NCBI RefSeq assembly: GCF_006345805.1
Contig: NC_043008.1
Span: forward strand, 66,960,001 to 67,024,000
Length of the DNA stretch: 64,000 nt
Reading direction: 5' to 3'
Source of the DNA: Octopus sinensis
Lineage: Eukaryota
Below are positions 25,951 through 40,562 of the stretch, piece after piece. The position numbers were made by a program, and so were the translations under genes. The first letter of the stretch is position 1. The number at the start of each line of letters is the position of its first letter. The notes under the pieces were generated by a model. It had not been told where the DNA came from. It saw only the letters and a list, made by a program, of their open reading frames with translations, and ran no database searches.

Positions 25951-26056
25951 TTCACCTGACGAGACACATCTGCACCGTTGGATGTTCCTGAACCAGTTGT
26001 TAAATGTCCCACCCTTGAGGGATTGATGCTAGATGTGTCAAAACAATTGTTGTGAT
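25951..26056 (+). ncRNA. Decayed hammerhead ribozyme motif (G12>A)
   Basis: Sequence is tcac-CTGACGA-GACACATCT...AGATGTGTC-AAAA-CAATTG-TT-gtga. Confidence 0.55.
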
Positions 26057-26518
26057 TAATAATTAAAATTCTCATATATTTCATCTTCCATCTTTCATTT
26101 ACCATATACATAATGAACACTGTGAAAGTGACTGTGTTCTACCAGTAAAGCTACCAGGTGTAAACCATTTGTTTTATCACATATATATATATGTGTGTGT
26201 GTATGTGTTAGTCTTTGTGTCTGTGTTTGTCCCCGCCTCACCACTTGACAGTCAGTGTTAGTGTGTTTACATCGCCGTAAATTAACGGTTCAGCAAATAA
26301 GACCAATAATTCCTGGGGTTGAGTTGTTCAACTAAAACCCTTCAAGGTGGTGCTCCAGCATGGCCACAGTCAAATGACTGAAACAAGTAAAAGAATAAAA
26401 CAATGAAGGAATCCTTCCTGAACACCATCAAACATGGTATAAGATTTAACCATTCATCTCTTTTTCAAGTTCAATGAAAACTCATATAGACATGAGCGAT
26501 GATTTAAACGACTTTATA

Positions 26519-27379
26519 CAGGGTGTGGTGATTACACAAAAATGAAAATAACACTGATATCTCATTTTAAGACATATATTTACTAAAATTACATAAAAAA
26601 TTCTTGAAATACGAAAGAGTAAATTTATTCAATAACATTGCCATTGGCTTCAACCACAGCTTCCAGATGACTTTGGAATCTCTTTTGCAACTCTTCTGGA
26701 TAGTCTCCTTGTTTGAGTTTGTGAATGCTGCCATAATCCTTGCCTTCAGTTCATTTTTGGGTGTTACAAGGAGTTTTGTTGGTCTGTCACACAACTGCAC
26801 ACCGCACATAATAATCAAGGGGATAGCAGTTTGGGGAGTTAGGTGGCCAGATTGTAGGGGTGATGTGGTTGTAGAAATTGTCTGACAGCCATGTTTGGGT
26901 TCTCCTGTTTATATGGTATGCTGCAGAGTCCTGTTGCTAGACATAGGGTCTTCCAGCAGCCATCCCTTTTGACCCAGGGCAGCACTACCACCTCCAGGCA
27001 CTTGATGTAGGCCTCTGTGTTGAGTCTGAGGCCGTGTGGCAAGATGAACATAGGCATAACATTGCCATCAATAGTGATCACTCCAAAGACCATGATGTTG
27101 ATTGGATGTTTGATTTTTATCCCTCTTGGTACATGCACTGTCTTCAGATTGACATCCAAACATTCCGGAAAGTTTGTATTGGAGCTTCCAGCATGAATAC
27201 TAAGCAGTACAGCATGTTTTTTCTAAATTACTGGCAGAGTGAATTGCATCATTGTGCTGTTTTTCTCACAGATGGTACCCAACTGACCCTACTATATTGT
27301 GTAGTTGACAAAATCAAAAACAATGTGCATGCACAAAATGAAAAATATAAAATGGTGATAATTTACCCATTGCACCCTG
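26519..27379 (-). mobile_element. Internally deleted Tc1/mariner element of the maT (DD37D)-like type
   Basis: Has TA|cagggtg...caccctg|TA ends. Transposase remnants include KHPINIMVFGVIT.DG.VMP.FILPHGLRLNTEAYIKCLEVVVLPWVK and ELKARIMAAF...ETIQKSC, with frameshifts. Confidence 0.85.
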
Positions 27380-28479
27380 TACACACACATGTGCGCACAC
27401 ACATGCACGCATACACACACACACGCACGCACGCACACACACACACGCACGCACACACACACATGCACACACACACTCACACAAATATATACAGTTCATC
27501 TGGAAAATGTGAGCCTTTCTAACACAGCATAAGAAGAAATTAATCAATATTATCATCATTCCATATCATTGAAAATGGCAACAAATTCTAATGAGCTGCT
27601 GAAGAACTGGAAGAATTTGATCAATTAAGAAGGCGCCAGCACTTACACAACCACCAATATGAAATTTGATGATAGAAAATGTTGATCATATCAGAGTAGA
27701 TAGAACAAAATTTGCTTATTTAAGCAATTAGTAACTTGGTAGAACAGACTTCCTATTTAGTTCCACTCAGATAATAATATTAATAAGATTATATTTTCCT
27801 TTCTTTCCAGGGCAATTCTGCAATTACCACTTCATTCTGTTATAGACTGATTTCTTCACAGTTATGTCAAATAAAACAGTTAGAACTACTAAGCTTTATT
27901 GTTTTTTGTTGTTGTTGTTGTTTTTATAAAAGCGATAACCAAAACAAAAAGTGGATGGAGTTTAAACAAACATGTATGTTAAATGATATTTATCTCTCAC
28001 TGGATGGAATACTCTTTTTATTGTTTTTATTTGTTGATTCCCACCAAGAACAAGACAGTACATTGTGCACACACACACATGCATTCATATATGTGTATGT
28101 ATGTATATGTATATATATCATCATCATCCTTTAATGTCTGCTTTCCATGCTAGCATGGGTTGGACAATTTGACTGAGAATTGGCGAACCAGATGGCTGCA
28201 CCAGGGTCTAATCTGATTTGGCATAGTTTCTACAGCTGGATGCCCTTCCTAATGCCAACCACCCTGAGAGTGTAGTGGTTGCTTTTACATGCCACCGGCA
28301 CATGGGCCAGTCAGGTGGTACTGGCAATGGTCATGCTCAGATGGTGGATTTTACATGCCACCTGCACAGGAGCCAGTCAAGTGGCACCGGCAACAACCTC
28401 GCTCAAATGTTTTTTCACGTGCCAGTAAGGTGATGTTGGTAACGACCACGCTTGGATGGTGTTCTTAGCACTCCACTAA

Positions 28480-29060
<581 letters not shown>

Positions 29061-29616
29061 CGAGACAAATAGGTGTACTGGTGTGTATTTATATATGTTT
29101 TTGTTTACAAATGAATGTGGTAATGCTCAACAACGGCTGTAGAGTTTATCGTAATTAAGGAGGAAATTGCTGTTCAATTATATTGCTCCTCAAGAGATTC
29201 ATGTCATGTGCATTCAATCAGACAGCATCGAGGTTGAATGCACGTGATGAGAAAATCTGAGTATCACCAACTACTTCATCACATGTGTGTGTTTGTGCAA
29301 GTGCTTTTGTATGTCATATATGTATGTATGATGTGTATGTGTAGGATATATGTGTGTATGCATGTGTGTGCATGTGTATGTGTATGTATGTATTTGTGAA
29401 AGTGTGCATATAGAATTTCAGTTTTATATGAAATTATCACCAAGAAAATCAATAAAAACAATTAAAAACAGCTAGATAGTCAGTCTTTGTGAGATTTTTT
29501 TTCATAATTATGTTTTTGCTGACTAATTATAGATCAGATGTAATTAAAGAAATATTGTATTGTCTCTTCTCCTATTTCAACACTAAATATATTCACATAA
29601 AGCATGCACACGTATG

Positions 29617-29670
<54 letters not shown>

Positions 29671-30299
29671 TACATACACACACACATACACATATATTCA
29701 TATACATACATATACAGAGATGCATACATGTATACATACATACACACTATATGTAACAAAGAAAACTAATAACTATTTTAAGAAATTATCTTGAAATTCA
29801 CAAGAACTCTAAATGAAGTGTTTTGTTAAAAGGAGTAAGGAGTAGCCTACAGGAGATGGGAAGTATGGAGTAGAATGTAGGATGTAAGGAGTACCCTTCA
29901 GCCACTCATATATAATAAGTTAGTACACTAATTGTTGCTTGTTCCTTCTCAAGCCACGCCTGGCTCATAGGGCCGGTTTCTTTGGCGTATAGGTTCCCCA
30001 CCTGGATGGGACGCTGGTCTGTCATAGGTGAGCTGCAAGATGCAGGAGAAAAGAGTGAGAGAAAGTTGTGGCGAAAGTGTCAGCAGAAGTTTGCCATTAC
30101 CTTCTGCTGGAGCCACATGGAGCTTAGGAGTTTTGCTCATAAACACACATCGCCTGGTCTGAGATTCGAACCCACGAGCCCTCGACGTGAATCCGCTGCT
30201 CTAACCACTAAGCCATGTGCCTCCAATACACTAATTAGTATACTGGAAAAGATAAGTGTAGCTATATAGGGTTTTCCTATGTGTACAAGGCCACCCTGA

Positions 30300-31050
30300 T
30301 GTCAAACACCACCGAAATTCAAGTGGTTGGCACCACACTGAAAGAATGTGAAAGGGTAGTAGATGCACACATTACCCCAGCCAAGACTCCACCAGCCAGT
30401 GTCATGGGTTCGTATATCAACGGGGCTGTTAAAATGCTTGGGATCAGGACAGGGCTAGCTCTCAAAATGAAAAGGAAGTGGGACTAGACTACAATGAGGG
30501 TGACTGCTCTCACCATGAAGTGATCAGCCAGAAAGCTTTCCCTGGAAAGTCAAGCTGAGGTGGCAAACACATACATCGATTCTGGTATTCATTACCCACT
30601 ATCATTCATGTTGTATACACGTTACCATCTGATCAAATTGGTGCATCTTTGCTTTTACTTCTTGTGGAAGCATGTTCCACCGGTCAGAAGGTCATCTGCT
30701 ACCAATACACTCTTGTAGAAGGATTGGTAGATGGGTTGGAATGTACATTGTAGTTGAAGATGTTTCAGCAAGAAGCCAATCAACAACATCTCTCGAGATT
30801 TTCTGTACATGAGAATATGTTGTTACTTGACCTGTATATCTTTACATAGATTGTCTCATTAAGGAAGCTGCGATCTTGGATGAAGAGAAAACCAAGATTG
30901 AGTGACTGGCATCTAGAACATTACCAGACACTCTTAGTTCTCTACTAGTTAGAAAATGTATTTGGTGAGATGTTGGTAGAACAATTCTAGACATTACTTT
31001 ATAAAGACAATTAATGGTAGGCAAGCACAGCAAGGTTCTGAGGGAGACTT
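30300..31050 (-). mobile_element. Decayed non-LTR retrotransposon reverse transcriptase fragment
   Basis: LCLPTINCLYKVMSRIV resembles the RT RPITCL.T.YK motif. There are many stops downstream. Confidence 0.5.
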
Positions 31051-34000
31051 AAGGTGTTGGTTGGTTGACATTACTTCATGAGGAGCATAGAACCACTTTC
31101 CTGATTTCTCTGGTGTGTATGTTCCTCCCTGGATGGGACACCCGTCTGTCACAGGATTACTCATTTTTACCAGCTGAGTGGATTGAAGTGTTTTGCTCAA
31201 AACACAATGCATTGCCTGGTCCAGGAATCGAAACCACAATCTTATGATCATGAGTCTAACACCCTAACCACTAAGCCAAGTGTCTCCACTTGACTTATGG
31301 CATTGGCAAAGATCAATTGAAAAGGCTTTCTGAAAGCACTTTTAAGCCAAGGATTATGAACAATTCTAAAAATCCAGTTTCAAGAAGTCCTAAACATGGT
31401 ATTGCCAGTTTTGGGTAAAACTCTACAAACAGGGAAGTATTCTCAGCCAGGCTTATCTATGATGTGCACAGAGCGATCACTGTTCCATCTTTCTTTGATT
31501 GAGAAGGTGAGTCAATTTCCAGTGGCCATATTGAAAGAAATTGAATGATAAACAAAACTAAAAGCACTGAAAGCAAACACTTCCCTTTCTTATTTCTTTA
31601 TTGCCCACAAGAGGCTAAACATAGAAGGGACAAACAATGACAGACAAAGGGATTAAGTCGACTCCAGTGCATAACTGGTACTTAATTTATTGACCCTGAA
31701 AGGATGAAAGGTAAAGTCAACCTCGGTGGAATTTGAACACAGAACGTAACGGCAGATGAAATACCGCTAGGCATTTTGCCCGGTGTGCCAACGTTTCTGC
31801 CGGCTCGCCTTTCTAGCTTTGCCCTCACCAACTTTTTCCTGTTAGTCATGGAGAAGGAAGTGAGGGTAGAGAACGAATATACATTTTTTAAAGTAAATTT
31901 GCTGAAATCTGAGAGTGCTGAGCATAACATGAATGACCAGGTATTGTCTCAGTATGCTCCATTACAATGAAGAACAGAGCTGGGAGATGACACTTGCTCT
32001 TGGCAGTAAATGCAATCCTGAATCTATAGTACAACCTGTTTCATCCCAGATAGATCTTGAGAGACATTTCCTTTCTTTTTCTTCCATAAGGTTACTTTCT
32101 ATGTCTGCTTTCTCACATTCAATACTTTATAAGATCTCAGTATTTTGTAAATTATGTTAGTGACATCCCATCCTTGGTCCTCATGACAAATTAAGAAATC
32201 ACTATTATTATTTAAACCATCAAAACATTGGAAAAAATAGTTTCAAAATATTTTCTTCCAACTCTTTATATTCTGAGTTCAAATCCTTCCAAGGCCAACT
32301 CTGCCTTTTCATCCACTCAGGGTCAATAAAATAAATTACCAGTCAAGTAGCGAGGTCAATTTAATTGATTAAGTCCTCTCCTTAAAATTGCTGATTTTGT
32401 TTGTAAATTTGAAATGATGATGATGATCATCATCATCATAATCCTCATCATGTTGACTTTGCCTTACATCCTCTCAGGGTTCATAAAATAAAATACCAGT
32501 CAAACACTGGGGTCAATGATATCAACTAAACCCCACCTCTTAGAATTTCTGACCTTGTGCCCAACTCCAGAACATTGTCATTATCATCATCATTATCATT
32601 ATTGATCAAACCCTGTCAGAGTTAACTCAGACTTTTAGCCTTCCAAGGCTGACAAAATAAGGTACCAGTCATATAATGAGGGGATCAGTCTAATAGACTG
32701 TTCATCACCTCTCGAAAATTTGTAGCTTTGATTCTAGGTTACAAATTATCATCATCATCATCACTATGAGCAGCAGTAATAGCTTGAAATTATAAGGCAG
32801 AGAACAAATTTCAAATTATAGTTATCAGAAGTGTGTCTCTTGTGATGACCAACCAGCAAAGAGTAAAGAATACATGTAAAGAATAAATAATACTGGTCAT
32901 GGGAAGTAACTGGAAGCTTATTGGACCATCTGGACAATTTCAATTCTCCTTAAAGGAAGAAATCGAAACATAATTAGCACTTGCTTTGTTCCTTTCGGTT
33001 GTTCTTGGTAATAGCGGCTATCAGAATTGGTATGTAACCTTGTCATTTTAGCAATTATTTCTTCACATAATTTTGTCTTTGATAATGATTGACTTTAATA
33101 ACAGAGTCTTTGATTCCTCGTTTTGATAACAGACCTCTTTGATAACCAAGGCATTCTTTGAGTGGAAGCATGGTATGGAAATAGCAGACTGACCGATTTT
33201 ACAGTGTTAGGTCTTGACTGTCTAGGTTTTGAGATTGTTCAAAACCTGGCAATGATCAGCTCATCATATTTATCATTTAGTGATCAGTAAAACAAAAACA
33301 AAAACAACTAAGAATTCACGCACACACACATATATATAAATAATAAATGCACCCTTTTAAAGTCTAGCCAAGCTCATGGACCCAGTTTCCCGGTTTCTAT
33401 GGCGTATGTGTTCCCCAGCTGGACAGGACGCTAGTCCATCGCAGCATTACTCGTTTTCGCCAACTGAATGAACTGGAGTAACGTGAAATGAAGTGTTTTG
33501 CTCAAGAACACAATGAATCGCCTGGTCCAAGAATCAAAACCACAATCTTATGATCATGGTGCTGACACCCTAACCACTAAGCCACGTGCCTCCACATATA
33601 TATATATATATGTATATATATATACAGACAGACAGATAGATATATCTTTATCATTTACTTGTTTCAATAATTGGACTGCAAACATACTAGACCACTGCCT
33701 TGAATGGCTTTAGCCAAACAAATCAACCCTAGTGCTTATTTCTTAAGCCTGACACTTATTCTATCAGTCACTTTTGCCAAACAGCTAAGTTACAGGAATG
33801 TAAACAAACCAACATTAGTCATCAAGTAGTGGTGGAGAATAAACACAAATTGAAAGACACACAAACATAGACATAGACATATATATGCATGATGGAATTT
33901 TTTCAGTTCCCATCAACCAAGTCTACTCATAAAGCTATAGTAGAAGACACATGCCCAAGTTGCCATGCAGTGGTACTGAACCTGGAACCATGTGGCTAGG

Positions 34001-34539
34001 AAGCAAACTTCTTACCACAAAGCCACAGCATATTTATATTTATTCTTATATCTATATATTAATACTTGTTTTTATGCCGAGATGTATATATGAACTATTT
34101 AACATTAAATCAAAGGACAACTCAATACGTTTTAGTAGAAAATATGCTTATTTAAATTTTACAAGGAAAAGGTTGATATAGTGACTTTGAAGGTTCAGCT
34201 TGCTTGCATTCAACAAATATATATATGTGTGTGTGTGTGTGTGTATAGATGGACAGATAGATACACACATGTATATATGTTTATTTTGCAAACAACTTGC
34301 AGATGCAAGTGCTACCAGTTGAAAGCTCCAAGTTTATGGGGCCACCAGGAGAGAATTTGTGGCATTTCGGGGCCTACCTCTCAAAGGCATCAATAACCCC
34401 CTTACTAAAATGAGGCCCCGTTTGCTAGATCAACTTCTAGCCATTGCTCATCGTCTCTTTTTAACCAAATCAAACAGACAGGCTCAATTTATTTTTGCTT
34501 AGCTTGTTCACCAGTAGGCTGCAATTTGACACAGCGATA

Positions 34540-34625
34540 GAGTCATCTCCACTGCCCCAATTTTTTAACTGTCTGAGATGCATTAGTTCCATGATAGAAT
34601 TCATATTCCTAAACAACACAAATTT
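34540..34625 (-). mobile_element. Short mariner transposase N-terminal remnant
   Basis: EYEFYHGTNASQTVKK resembles the mariner HTH start (.YEF..G.NA....). Confidence 0.4.
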
Positions 34626-34847
34626 TTTATCTATTCATGGGTTCACAAAAATTGATTTCCAAGAGAAAACTCACAATATAATCAAGCACCATTAATTGCA
34701 TTTCAAGAAGTGATGATGTAACTCTTCAATGTTGTAAAACAAAGAATTTTCAGGATAAACCATTAAAGTTAACAATTGTCAAACTTGGTGCATAAGAAAA
34801 TTGGACATTTCGTTTTTAATGACCTGAAATATATATATATATATATA

Positions 34848-35348
34848 CTAGCAGTATTGCCCGGCGTTGCTCGGGTTTGTAAGGGAAATAACTATATAAA
34901 CATTTTTAGAGAGTTACTTCCCTTATAGATGCCAATTCGGGCTTTCTTAGCCATTTCTGTTTTGGTGTCTTCAAGCCATGAAGTCGTTGTTCTAAAAGAA
35001 CGCTGGTCTCCTTGACAACGCATTACGACATTGATTTCCTTAAACTCCCTTCCCCACAGCTTCACGAGGGAGGGAAGATGGGGGAGAAGCAAACACAGGT
35101 GCAGGTGTTTGAGCATGGACGCCAACTCCGCCGCCATCGACACACGAAAAATTATGCATTAAAATGGAATAAAAAATGATGTTAAATTATTTTTTAAATC
35201 ATAGATTCATCGTAGACACGCGCTAATAGCCAGACGGGCTCGATATTAATCACGACTATAAGATACCCGAATTTGGTTAAACTGCACCGCAAAATGTGGG
35301 AGGAGTTAGGAATCTAAATCGTAGGAGACAGACACTCACACAACTACA

Positions 35349-35360
<12 letters not shown>
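34848..35360 (-). mobile_element. Non-autonomous Helitron-type element (second copy, with different internal segment)
   Basis: Shares the CTAG/hairpin end and the 5' region with 6247-6633. Confidence 0.75.
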
Positions 35361-35396
<36 letters not shown>

Positions 35397-35479
35397 CCTA
35401 TGTGCTCAAGAAAACACTGCACAATATAACATTAAGTGACGACTGCTAGAAAAGTTTATACAAATCATACATATACCAT

Positions 35480-36430
35480 GAAATGAGGTTACTTTGAAAA
35501 CCAGGGTAAGTTTGAACAAAATATAATATTTTGTTTCCTCTTATTGCTTATTGCTAAAATTTCTTACAGAATTGTTTAAATGTGTTGTTAAACTTTAGGA
35601 TAATATTTCTATAATAGTATAATTTCAATACATAAAGTAAAATTTGTAAATATAACTTTGATAATCCACTCAAAGAAAGAATTTGTCAACTTCTTCAAAT
35701 TTCAGCAAAATAAACATTTTTGCAAGATATGAATACTTTTGTAAGTAGCTAAAGCACATCTTGCATAAAAAATACAAAGTTTTGTTAAAATATGATGTTA
35801 ATATAACTTGTTAATAATTTTCTATTGAAGTGTTTTTCTAAATTTGGTATCTTTGTAAAAACTTGTATAACAACCCACATTCATTATCCAGCTGAGTTAC
35901 TTTGAATTCTGTTCAAAGTAGCCCCGACACTGTTTCCAGTAGTAAGCAAGCTGCTACTACAGTTCAAACTAATAGTGCTCAATAGAAGTTAGGTACTTAA
36001 GATTTTTAAATGTTTTTCCTATTTATGGACAATATTTCACCCTTAGAATTAATGAGGTGTAACCACAAATTTATCATTTTTTTTTTATTATGGCTTGATA
36101 ACAAGAATCAGTTTTTCTTTCTGTTGCAAAGTCTAATTCTTTAAACCATATTCTGGTTTTTTTTTTTTTGGTTTTTTTTTAGGATCAACTTGTAGTTTGG
36201 ATCATGTAACAAGAGTAATTTTGAACATAAGTGAAAAAATCAGGGGTTACTTTGAACAGTGACAATTATATGGAAAAAGTAATCAAATATTGACTGCAAC
36301 ATATTTTTATTTCATATATCAGTTTACCTATTTAGTCCCCTAACATAGTCAAATTTAGTTAAGATTGAAGAAAAGGTTATGAAATTATTGTAATAAGAAG
36401 TCTAAAACTATTCAAAGTAACCCTGCTTCA
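35480..36430. mobile_element. Probable non-autonomous DNA transposon (pogo-like repeated termini)
   Basis: The repeated ggggttactttgaac motif and its inverse ttcaaagtaaccc/agcccc occur at about 35485, 35893, 35912, 36243 and 36413. Confidence 0.45.
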
Positions 36431-38144
36431 TGGTATATATATATATATTATATATATCCAGTTGATGTCATAAGGATTTTATAAACCTTCAAGAGAACGT
36501 GAAATAATATTTTTTTGTTTTTCTGAATAATGAATATTGAGGTACATCAGATAAAGCCATAAATAATAGCATATAAATACTGGGTTGTAAAATTTCTTTT
36601 GGATAGAAAAAGTCAAAGGTTGTCTGTGGGACATGAATCCACATCTCCTGCAGACACAACATTAGATCAAAGCAATACCTCAAAGTTCTCTATTCATTTT
36701 ATAAATATCATTCTTACCATTGAGAATTGTATGCTGTATACATTAATAAGGATTTCATGAATATTTGAGAGAATCTGAAAGAATTTTGGCAGGAAAGAGT
36801 GGATCTCGAGACACATCACATAAAGTGTTAAGTAATATACATATATAAAATAACAGTAATGGTCATATATATATATATAAATAAATATAGGGATGGTATT
36901 ATTAAAATACCATCACGACTGGTAAGCGAATTATCAGCCATACAGGCAAATTAATAAAATATATATATACAATATTAGATATGTACATATATACACAAGG
37001 GTATTACATGAGTACCTATATCGCTAAAGATAGAAGTCAAAAAATACTTCTATACCACCAAATAGTCACAAATCCATTACAGACATGATAGGAAAAAACA
37101 TCAGTGAAATATCTATACATACATATATATATGTATAGATTTATTTACACACCATAAACATACACACAGATACATGTATGTATGTATATAGAGATAAATC
37201 AATTTATTCACACACCTTAAACATATCTATACATATGCACACACACATATATATAAAAGAATACACATCTTGGAAGAACAGAATAGAGTAAGTGGAGCAA
37301 GAACACACACAGAAATGAAAAGTGTCACTAAAGAGGTCACAGATGTGTGATGAAAGTTTTCTGGACAATGGACATGAGTTAAAATAATAGAATAATAAAA
37401 TAAGAACAATAATAAATGAGTGATGAAAAAATATATAGTGTGTGTGTATATTTTGCAAAAAAAAAATGATCATCCAGAAATACAACACACACATGCACAC
37501 ACACACACACACACATACACACACCACACACACACACACATACACACACACATACACACATATATATATATATAATATAAAAATGGAGACAAAAAGATAA
37601 TAAAAAACAACAATGTGAGGATGTGGTACATGCAAAGTATTAATAAGACACTCAAAGAATGAAAGAAAGAGTGGTTGTTTTACGTTTCAAGCAAAGCTCT
37701 TCTTTGGAAACAGGAGATGTATGAAAGTCCAGAAGAAAAGGAAGAAGGAGGGAAAGTCACCAACAATCCATGTGTAGTTTTATATATATATATATATAAA
37801 CTCACTTGGAAATGGATGCATTGTATTCACGAAATGAGGAGTAGATAGACAACCGACAACTGATGAAGGGTTCTTTCTCTGTGTTTACTTTCCTGTTCTC
37901 CTTTTCTTTCTTGTTGTTTACATATTTCATGTTATTTGCATCGTTGGTGACGTCCTGTACCCATATATGCATATATATATATCCATATGTATATATATAT
38001 ATATATATATCTCCCTACGTATGTGTTGATTAGTGTGTTAGAGTGTTTAGTAGAGTACTGGCACAGTTTGGGCTACCTGGTGTCTACTGCAGTCGGAGTA
38101 CATTACCGTCAGGTCTACTTCAGGAACTACACAATGTTAGTCAA

Positions 38145-38460
38145 GATAATAATAATAATTTCTGAAGTAACCAGAACATGGATTTAGTATCAAGCTTTAT
38201 CTTGAACAATGGTCATTTTGACCCATCTTGCCAATATCCCTTATGAGTGGGACGCCGTTCAACATGTTGTGTTATATCCATTCTGCAGTCTGGATCTCAT
38301 TGGGTACAGCCATACATAAAGTTGTATCATGCTATGGATGTACCTGATGAGACCCATAAGGGTCAGTAGCAAGATGGGTCAAAATGACCGTTGTACAAAA
38401 TAAAGATTAATACCAAATCCATCTTCCGGTTACTTAAGAAATTATTATCATCATTATTAT
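38145..38460. mobile_element. Foldback element with outward-facing decayed HHRs in both arms
   Basis: The right arm reads tgtac-CTGATGA-GACCCAT...ATGGGTC-AAAA-tgaccgtt-gtaca (38339-38397). The left arm is the reverse complement, with core tgtac-CCAATGA-GATCCA...TGGGTC-AAAA. Confidence 0.7.
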
Positions 38461-39353
38461 TATTATATATTCTTTTATTCTTTCATTTGTTTCAGTCATT
38501 TGACTGCTGCCATGAGGCTGGAGCACTGCCTTAAGTCAAACAAATCGACCCCAGGACTTATTCTTTGTAAGCCTAGTACTTATTCTATTGGTCTCTTCTG
38601 CTGAACTGCTAAATTATGGGGCAAGTAAACACACCAACATCGGTTGTCAAGTAATGGCGGGGGTCAAACAAAGACACATATACATATATATATATATATA
38701 TATGATAGGCTTCTTTCAGTTTCCGTCTACCAAATCCACTCACAGGGCTTTGGTTGGCCCGAGGCTATAGTAGAAGACACTTGCCTAAGGTACCATGCAA
38801 TGGTACTGAACCTAGAACCATGTGATTGATAAGCAAGCTACTTACCACACAATCACTCCATAAATATATATCCATATATATATATGGATATATATATATA
38901 TATCCAAATATATGTGTGTGCATATATATACATGTATGTATATGTGAGTGTATAATTGTCTGTACATGTACATTTACAGATATAGATAGATTCATGTACA
39001 CACCCACACCAACACACATGCATACACCCACACTAATACACACAAATACTGTAATCGTGATAGTTATCAGATTTATGTACAAACAGTTCTGTTTTATACA
39101 GGAATCAATAAGGCCTCAGAAGATATAAAGATGTAAAACAGGATGTTCTGTTTTTACGTAACCAACATCAAGAGAATCGTGGGAGGTTTTATGACTTGAC
39201 GGATATGGATGTCCAGAGATTTCTTTGGCCTGTCATTTCCTCATCTTTTTCCTCTTTCTCTTCCGGTGAATATACAATATACATACATACATATATGCAT
39301 ACATGCACATATAGCTACATACATACATACAGACATGTATGTATGTATGTATG

Positions 39354-39411
<58 letters not shown>

Positions 39412-40095
39412 TACATGCATATATGTATGTACATATATATATACATAGATATAAATATACAAGCATATATGTATGTACATATATATACATAGATATAGAT
39501 ATATATATATATATATATATGCATAAATATATATATATAATATATATATATATATATAATATATATATATGCATAAATATATGCATAAATATATATATGT
39601 ATATATACATGTATATCTATTTCTATTTATTTCTCTATACACACACACACATACACATATATATATGAGAAACAATACAATTTGTATGTACTGACACTAA
39701 AATATATTCATATTAGGTTCTATATATGTGTAATAATGTGTACATGTATGAGTGATGTGTAAACTAACTGATTAATATAACACTTCAAGACATAAATATT
39801 AAAAAAGGATATTCATTTCATAAAAGGACATGTTGTGTTCCTGCAAATATACTACTGATATATTAATAGATGCCGGCATGGCTATATTGTTAGAAGTTTG
39901 GTTCTCAACCACATTGTCTTCGGTTTAGTTCCATTGTATGGCACCTGGGGAACATGTTTTGTATCATAGCCCTGAGCTACCCAAGGCCTTGAGAATGGAT
40001 TTGGAAGATGGAATCTGGGAAACCAAAAGAAGCTCATCATATATATGTGCACACACACACATTATATATATATATATATATGTATTTATATATAT

Positions 40096-40562
40096 ACAGA
40101 AAGTGTGTCTATGGCCAGCTGGAGGAGTGTGTCCTCCTGGGGCTAAAAACTACAGTAGCATCCACCCTTAGGGGTTAGCCATATTTAAATGGCAAAAATA
40201 CGTCACGATGTGTTACCGCTACTGTATATAACTCACTTTGATATTTATCATTGTTTGATTTCACTTTTTCAATATCAGCGACAGTGGGCGCTGGAAAAAG
40301 TATAAGTATTTGTGAAGGAAATCTAATTCTCGGCGACAACTATGATTGTCACACGCTGACGAGAGGTCAATACCTCGAAACTCGAGTCCGTGTGTATCAT
40401 AAGTTGAAGACGGGAAGGATGACTTCCCTTTGCAAATACTGACAGGACACAGAAAGTGTGTCTATGGCCAGCTGGAGGAGTGTGTCCTCCTGGGGCTAAA
40501 AACTACAGTAGCATCCACCCTTAGGGGTTAGCCATATTTAAATGGCAAAAATACGTCACGAT
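40096..40562 (+). mobile_element. Retrozyme-like non-autonomous element: 353-bp unit present about 1.3 times (114-bp perfect direct repeats) carrying an HHR
   Basis: 40096-40209 is identical to 40449-40562. The intervening sequence contains the intact HHR. There is no coding capacity and both sides are flanked by (TA)n. Confidence 0.75.
40350..40394 (+). ncRNA. Intact type I hammerhead ribozyme (minimal, palindromic stem III)
   Basis: Sequence is cacacg-CTGACGA-GAGGT caat ACCTC-GAAA-CTCGAG-TC^cgtgtg. All core nucleotides are present, with 6-bp stem I, 5-bp stem II and a GUC triplet (predicted cleavage after 40388). Stem I extends past a bulge (caactatgat 40337-40346 with atcataagttg 40396-40406). 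Confidence 0.9.
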
